DNA from: Fibrobacterales bacterium
Lineage (GTDB): Bacteria; Fibrobacterota; Fibrobacteria; Fibrobacterales; JAOPTW01
Direction: 5' to 3'
Assembly (NCBI GenBank): GCA_051532055.1
Contig: JAOPTX010000006.1
Location: 1-43,041 of the forward strand
Length of the DNA stretch: 43,041 bases
In this document: piece after piece, positions 37,527 through 43,041 of the stretch
Numbering within the stretch: position 1 is the stretch's first letter
Layout: every line of letters begins with the position of its first letter
The notes under the pieces: generated by a model
The model's database searches: none
What the model saw: only the letters and a program-made list of their open reading frames with translations
Told to the model about the DNA's origin: nothing
Translations under genes and position numbers: made by a program

Positions 37527-38861
37527 ATGGACTATATACAAGCATCAAGTTTTGCAGCAGATATTGATAATACCTTTAATATTATTTTAGGTATATCACT
37601 TTTCTTTCTTATTGCAATAACTGCATTTATGATTTATGCTGTGATCAAATACAGCAGAAAAAACAATCCCAATCCAGATAATAGTCATGGTAGTGTTCCT
37701 GCCGAAATTATCTGGACAGTAATACCAACCCTTCTCGTTATTCTCATGTTCTGGTATGGTTATGTGGATTACAAAAAAATGAGGGATGTTCCCGATGATG
37801 CAATGCAAATTGACGTCGATTCGGGAATGTGGTGGTGGAAGTTTACGTACCCTAATGGTCTCGAGCAGATGAGTAAAGATGGATTGACTATTCCGGTGAA
37901 TACTCCAATCTATACACCGCTTCACTCGGTTGATGTAAATCACTCATTTTTTATTCCACAATTTAGAGTTAAAATGGATGCGATACCAAAAGCGGTAGGT
38001 GAACCCCTAAACTATACATGGTTCGAGGCAACAATGACCGGTACTTTTGACCTTTATTGTGCAGAGTACTGTGGTATTAATCACGCTCAGATGATTACCA
38101 AAGTTCATGTACTTCCAAAGGAAGAGTTTGAGGCATGGTATGCCAAGGCTAAAGTTGCAAAAGAAGAAGCTGCACTGGCGAACCCTGGTGAAACACTTTA
38201 TAACTCAAAAGGATGTATTGCCTGTCATAGTACAGATGGTTCGTCAGGAGTTGGCCCAACAATGCTTGGCCTGTATGGTAAAACACGTGAGATAACCGCT
38301 GGTGGTAGTGCCAAAGAGGTCTCTGCAAATGAAGAGTATCTTATACGTGCAATACTCAAGCCTGGAGCAGATGTAGTAAAAGGCTTTCAGCCGATAATGC
38401 CTCCTACTATCAAAGATGAAAATGAAGCAAAGCTTATTGCTGATTATATCAAAGGGCTTTCAAGTGTTTCAATAAAAGGCGAAGAAAGTACTCTGGCAGA
38501 AAAAGTTGAGGAAAAAACTCCAGTCCCCGCTAAAGAACCCATGAAAGAGGAGCCTCAATCAAATGGTTCTTCTGAAATAGATGGTGCAGCGATCTATAGT
38601 GCGAAGTCGTGTGCTGCATGTCACTCACTGAATGGAACTGATGGTGTTGGTCCTTCACTCAAAGGAATCTTTGGTGCCAAACGCACTCTCGTTAAAGAGG
38701 GTGTTGAGAGTGAAATTACTGTTGATGATGCTTATTTGGTTAAGTCTATTATAAATCCGAATGCAGATATTGTAAAAGGGTATAGGGGCATGATGCCCCC
38801 AACTCAAATCAGTGATGCTGAGCTTAAAGCTGTGGTAGCATTTTTGAAAAAACAGAAGTAA
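37527..38861 (+). CDS. coxB: Cytochrome c oxidase subunit II fused to two cytochrome c domains
   Basis: EIIWTVIP, WWWKFTY, DVNHSF, CAEYCGINHAQM (CuA), followed by CIACH...MPP and CAACH...MPP. Confidence 0.95.
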   Translation: MDYIQASSFAADIDNTFNIILGISLFFLIAITAFMIYAVIKYSRKNNPNPDNSHGSVPAEIIWTVIPTLLVILMFWYGYVDYKKMRDVPDDAMQIDVDSGMWWWKFTYPNGLEQMSKDGLTIPVNTPIYTPLHSVDVNHSFFIPQFRVKMDAIPKAVGEPLNYTWFEATMTGTFDLYCAEYCGINHAQMITKVHVLPKEEFEAWYAKAKVAKEEAALANPGETLYNSKGCIACHSTDGSSGVGPTMLGLYGKTREITAGGSAKEVSANEEYLIRAILKPGADVVKGFQPIMPPTIKDENEAKLIADYIKGLSSVSIKGEESTLAEKVEEKTPVPAKEPMKEEPQSNGSSEIDGAAIYSAKSCAACHSLNGTDGVGPSLKGIFGAKRTLVKEGVESEITVDDAYLVKSIINPNADIVKGYRGMMPPTQISDAELKAVVAFLKKQK

Positions 38862-38886
38862 TATGATTGTAACTGGGATGGGAGTT

Positions 38887-39735
38887 ATGTCTCTAAAAGA
38901 CTATCTAGAACTATTTAGAGTGAAGCCCATCTCACTACTTTCAACGGTTATTATATTAGGGTATTGGCTCGGGCTTCCGCCCTACGCCGAATTCTCTTGG
39001 GTCCATCTGCTACTCGCAGTTCTCGCTCCATCAATTGCCGCTTCTGGTGCCTTCGCTCTCAATCAATACTATGAATACAAAGCTGATGCTCAAATGAAAA
39101 GGACAGAGCACCGGCCTATCCCTTCAGGGCGGATCAAGCCTCAACTCGCTCATGTCTTAGGGTATGGAGTATTTGTTTTTGCACTTGCTGTCCAATGGTT
39201 TTTTGTCTCTCAAGAGGCTACTATTGCAACTGCACTTTGTGGTATAACGTATGTGTGGCTCTATACACCTCTTAAAAACCTCTCGGTTCATAGCACAATT
39301 TTTGGCTCGATTCCCGGTATGTTTCTCCCACTCATTGGATGGTTTTCAATCCAGGATAGCTTTTCAGGTCTCGTTATTTGGATGGCGGTTATGCTCTTTG
39401 TGTGGCAAATCCCCCATACCTTGGTAATCTGTTATCGGCATCAGCTCGACTATAAACAGGCAGGTTTTAAGCAGCTCCCATTCGTACATGGTGATACAGT
39501 AGCTTTTAAACAACTAGTATGGTGGTGTGTTATGAGGCTCCCTCTGAGTCTCATGCCATTTGTCTTTGATGTCGCAGGGGTTGGGTACTTAATTGCAAGC
39601 CTCACTATTGGATTACTTATTGTGGTATATGCTCTTGCCTTAAGCGTGCATCCTTCTGAGAAAAATGCGAAAACCTTCTTTTTTATCGACCTATCATACT
39701 TGCCAGTGTTATTTATAGCAGTTATCGTAGGGTAA
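38887..39735 (+). CDS. cyoE: Protoheme IX farnesyltransferase (heme O synthase)
   Basis: LNQYYE...DAQMKRTEHRPIPSGRI, LYTPLK, WQIPH, DY..AG...LP. GGAG SD before ATG 38887. Confidence 0.92.
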   Translation: MSLKDYLELFRVKPISLLSTVIILGYWLGLPPYAEFSWVHLLLAVLAPSIAASGAFALNQYYEYKADAQMKRTEHRPIPSGRIKPQLAHVLGYGVFVFALAVQWFFVSQEATIATALCGITYVWLYTPLKNLSVHSTIFGSIPGMFLPLIGWFSIQDSFSGLVIWMAVMLFVWQIPHTLVICYRHQLDYKQAGFKQLPFVHGDTVAFKQLVWWCVMRLPLSLMPFVFDVAGVGYLIASLTIGLLIVVYALALSVHPSEKNAKTFFFIDLSYLPVLFIAVIVG

Positions 39736-39892
39736 ATAAGCTTAAAATTTGTACAAAGTTGATTACCGTTACAATAAAGTGGGTAATATCACTGTTATTC
39801 CTGTTACGTTTTATAAACCCTATGGGTATCTCAAAGGGAATTTTTTATTATAGTGCCCAACAAAACAGACTTTTTTTGACACGAGGATCTTA

Positions 39893-41194
39893 ATGGCATC
39901 TCCGGGTACATGGGTGAGTTGGAACGAAAATATTCAACATCCATTTAAACAACTACTTTGTCCATCTTCTGAAGCTGAGCTGGTATCTGCAGTAAAAGCA
40001 AATAGTACGACCATTCGTGTTTTTGGCGAAAAAAAATCCTCTGCAGATATAGCTGCGGGAACTGATACTCTTATTTCACTGTGTAATTACACAAGCATTG
40101 TTGCTGAAGAAAGTGAAAAAATGCAATTGACTGTTCAGGTTGGTATAGAACTAAAAACTTTGCTCAATGAGATTGAAAAACGGGGGTGGGCAATACCATG
40201 CCTACCTGATATTGATGTGATAACTCTGGGTGGCGCTCTTGCAACGGGTACTCATGGTACAGGACGAGAGGGAAGTCTTCTCTCTGGATATGTATGTAAA
40301 ATGAGAGTTATCCTTGCTTCAGGTGAAATATTAGAACTCGATGAAAGTGATGAGCGCTTTGATGCTTTTAGGCTCTCAGTTGGGATGCTCGGTATTACTT
40401 CAACCGTTACTTTTCAATGTGTACCACTTTATAAGCTTCTCGTTGAAGAGCGGCCTGTTCATGATAATGAATGGATCCCGAATTACAAAAAGTTATTACA
40501 AGAGTATGAATTCACACGGATATTGTGGATTCCCCATACTGATCATGGCTACCTTATAACAGGTGATAGAAGGGACAATGCCGATGGGATAGAGCTTAAA
40601 AAGGCACCGTGGTGGCATAAGTATCGTCGGACAGCTTCAATGATGCTCTACAAATACACGACCGCAATGCCGAGACTGACTGTCCTTGCTAATAAAATTT
40701 TACAGAAACTCTTTTTTACTTCTTTCACACGGCATTTCGGTACGCTTTATGGAGCGACGGTGACTAAATCCCGAGGGTCAACTCTAGATCTTGCTGAATG
40801 GACAATAGCATTGGATCGTTTTGATGCACTGATGAAAGATCTTAAAAAAACACTGAATAGTTCAAAAAATAGAGGGTATGCACATATTCCAATGGATATT
40901 CGTTTTATAAAAGCCGATACTACATGGCTCAGTTATGCCTATGCGCAAGATACGGTCACTATAGGCTGTGTTACAAGAAATGCTGCAACAGCAGATTTGT
41001 ATGAAGCTTTTTCTGTAGTCGAAGAAGTGTTTCTTCGCCATGGTGGAAGGCCTCACTTTGCTAAAAGGTTTAAAGCGGGTACTCAAGAACTCAAGCCACT
41101 CTTTCCTAAATGGGATGACTTTATTGCCTTAAGGAGAGAGCTCGACCCTGATGGGATTTTTTTAAATCCATATCTTGAAAAGATTTTTAAATAA
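39893..41194 (+). CDS. FAD-binding aldonolactone oxidoreductase (ALO/GULO/GalLDH family)
   Basis: W.SWN start, TLGGALATGTHG, GMLGI, DIRF..AD..WLS.AY, GGRPHFAK, RRELDP.G.FLN. Confidence 0.88.
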   Translation: MASPGTWVSWNENIQHPFKQLLCPSSEAELVSAVKANSTTIRVFGEKKSSADIAAGTDTLISLCNYTSIVAEESEKMQLTVQVGIELKTLLNEIEKRGWAIPCLPDIDVITLGGALATGTHGTGREGSLLSGYVCKMRVILASGEILELDESDERFDAFRLSVGMLGITSTVTFQCVPLYKLLVEERPVHDNEWIPNYKKLLQEYEFTRILWIPHTDHGYLITGDRRDNADGIELKKAPWWHKYRRTASMMLYKYTTAMPRLTVLANKILQKLFFTSFTRHFGTLYGATVTKSRGSTLDLAEWTIALDRFDALMKDLKKTLNSSKNRGYAHIPMDIRFIKADTTWLSYAYAQDTVTIGCVTRNAATADLYEAFSVVEEVFLRHGGRPHFAKRFKAGTQELKPLFPKWDDFIALRRELDPDGIFLNPYLEKIFK

Positions 41195-41850
41195 TGATTA
41201 TCAATAATCCTACAGCGCTTTTGTTTGACTTTGACGGGGTACTTGTCGAAAGCTATACTCTACATCGAGATACCTGGCATAGAGCCTACAAAAACATACT
41301 TGGCATTGAAATGCCTGATTACCCTCGTGAAGTTACCTCTGGCCTCTCGCCTAAAAAAATTGCGCAGTTTCTTGCAGATGAAGTAAGACAATCTGAAAAA
41401 GCTGAATCGCTCTTACAAGAGAAGTATCGGTTGGTACTTGAAGAAGATGTCTATCCTCCATTATTTGATGGGGTTGAACCGTTATTTGACACCATCAATG
41501 ATCTCCATATTCCTTTTGCCGTAGTGAGTAATGCAAAAAGAAGTTATGTGCAGATGGTATGTGAACACTACAACCTTCCGGTAACTATGCTCTTTGGGTT
41601 AGAGGACTTTTCAAAACCAAAGCCCGATAAAGAGCCTTACGAAAAGGCGGCAATTCACCTGGGCTTAGCGCCTGATGAATTCTCAGGCATCTATGTATTT
41701 GAAGATAGTATGCCGGGTATCATTTCAGCGCAATCTGCAGGTATGATACCAGTTGGCGTGCTGTCGAAGCATACAGAATCAGAGATGCAGGACGCTGGTG
41801 TTACTCAATCTATCAATGGGGTGATTGATATTTCCATTAGTCTCTCCTAA
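41194..41850 (+). CDS. HAD-superfamily phosphatase (beta-PGM/CbbY-like)
   Basis: LFDFDGVLVES, VVSNA, KPKPD, FEDS..GI.SAQSAGM. Start overlaps the upstream stop (TAATG). Confidence 0.9.
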   Translation: MIINNPTALLFDFDGVLVESYTLHRDTWHRAYKNILGIEMPDYPREVTSGLSPKKIAQFLADEVRQSEKAESLLQEKYRLVLEEDVYPPLFDGVEPLFDTINDLHIPFAVVSNAKRSYVQMVCEHYNLPVTMLFGLEDFSKPKPDKEPYEKAAIHLGLAPDEFSGIYVFEDSMPGIISAQSAGMIPVGVLSKHTESEMQDAGVTQSINGVIDISISLS

Positions 41851-41866
41851 ACCTATAATTCTAGAT

Positions 41867-43041
41867 CTATGATTTAGGAAGGTCGGTTATGGCGTATTGT
41901 ATGCGTTCCAATGCTTCAGAGAGGAGTGACTGTGGACATGCTATATTCATACGCATAAATCCAGTTCCTTCTTTGCCAAATTGTGCCCCATTTGATAGTC
42001 CGACTCGCGCATTTTTGATGAAAAAATCATTCAGCTCTTTTTGACTCATAAAAAGATCACGGCAGTCGAGCCACATTAGGTAAGTCGCTTCAGGTTTGAT
42101 AAGTTTTATTTGTGGAATGTGCTCTTTTAAAAACCAGTCAAGGAAGTTGATATTTTCTTCGAGATAGTTAAGAAGCTCCCCAAGCCATGGGGCACCGTGA
42201 GTATAGGCTGACTCTAAGGCGATATCACCAAAGGTATTCCCAAGGTGAATGTGAATGCCGTGAAGGGCATCAAAATATTTTTTCCGGATCTCTTCATTTT
42301 CACTGATGACATAAGCAGTGGCAGTGCCAGCGAGGTTAAATGTCTTGGAGTGTGAATTAAGTGTAAGGGTGATGTTTGAAATATCATCGGAGAGTGAGGC
42401 GATAGGGATGTGTCTATGGTCACCATGAACCAAATCAGCATGTACCTCATCACTCAAAATTAAAACGTTGTATTTAAGGCAGAGGTCTGCCATTTGAGTC
42501 AGTTCTTCTTTAGTAAAAACTCTGCTCACAGGGTTGTGCGGATTGCAGAGGATAAAAACCTTAACCCCTTTTCTGAGTTGCTCTTCAAAGTGATCAAAAT
42601 CAATCTCATATTTTCCATCTCGAAGATGAAGAGGGTTGGTTAAGAGTTCTCTGCTGTGATCTGTCACACAATCATAAAAGGGGTAATAGACCGGTGTTTG
42701 TATTAATACGTTGTCACCAGGGTGAGTAAATGCAAGAATCGAAAGGTTGAGCGCAGCGACTGAGCCCGGAGAAAACGAGAGCCAATCAGTCTCAATATCC
42801 CAACCGTGCTGTTGTTTCATCCACAGTTGAATTGATTCATAATAGTGGGCTGGCTTAAAGTTATATCCAATAATACCATGATCAATGCGTTCTTTAAATG
42901 CATCAAGGACTGGTTGCGGCGCTTTAAAATCCATGTCGGCGACCCACATAGGGATAACATCTGTTGTGCCAAATACCTTGTCACAAAACTCTAGTTTAAA
43001 AGCATTATAGCCGGTGCGATCAATAATTTCATTGAAAGGGG
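41867..43041 (-). CDS. MalY/PatB family PLP-dependent C-S lyase (5' partial)
   Basis: Frame stays open to the window edge (PFNEIIDR...DVIPMWVADMDF); LCNPHNP, SDEVHAD, SKTFNLAG, EATYLMWLD, F.RMNIACP. Confidence 0.92.
   Translation of the reverse strand, partial: PFNEIIDRTGYNAFKLEFCDKVFGTTDVIPMWVADMDFKAPQPVLDAFKERIDHGIIGYNFKPAHYYESIQLWMKQQHGWDIETDWLSFSPGSVAALNLSILAFTHPGDNVLIQTPVYYPFYDCVTDHSRELLTNPLHLRDGKYEIDFDHFEEQLRKGVKVFILCNPHNPVSRVFTKEELTQMADLCLKYNVLILSDEVHADLVHGDHRHIPIASLSDDISNITLTLNSHSKTFNLAGTATAYVISENEEIRKKYFDALHGIHIHLGNTFGDIALESAYTHGAPWLGELLNYLEENINFLDWFLKEHIPQIKLIKPEATYLMWLDCRDLFMSQKELNDFFIKNARVGLSNGAQFGKEGTGFMRMNIACPQSLLSEALERIQYAITDLPKS

Noticed and set aside
39760..39810. Clustered GTTAC/GGTAAT half-sites before the lactone oxidoreductase as a sugar-regulator operator
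   Set aside because: No clean dyad; a weak match in AT-rich DNA.
1..43041. CRISPR arrays, tRNA/rRNA, IS elements, integrases, and the many short ORF-track entries nested in long genes
   Set aside because: No repeat-spacer periodicity, RNA gene signatures or transposase motifs were seen. Nested short ORFs are off-frame or antisense shadows of well-supported genes.

Overview
Bacterial chromosomal window. The FISUMP-domain lipoprotein and the general gene content suggest FCB group, possibly Fibrobacterota; this is inference. From left to right: (1) a minus-strand urea ABC transporter operon urtABCDE headed by a porin-like gene and a clear sigma54 promoter; (2) an AT-rich, translationally coupled plus-strand cassette made of an acidic beta-rich adaptor-like protein, a 929-aa calcineurin-like metallophosphoesterase and two tandem, exported pentapeptide-repeat paralogs with a hypervariable core; (3) an acyltransferase-3 gene and three large surface lipoproteins; (4) priA divergent from a DUF349 gene, whose leader can fold two ways; (5) a lipoprotein/TonB receptor/exbB/exbD/tonB operon; (6) a degenerate DoxX gene; (7) an A2-type cytochrome c oxidase operon with a di-heme-c CoxII; (8) an aldonolactone oxidoreductase plus HAD pair, and a partial MalY/PatB gene. 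Cassette (2) is the best candidate for an undescribed system: a secreted effector with duplicated immunity genes. No rRNA, tRNA, CRISPR array or IS element was recognised. All assignments come from reading motifs by eye; no searches were run.
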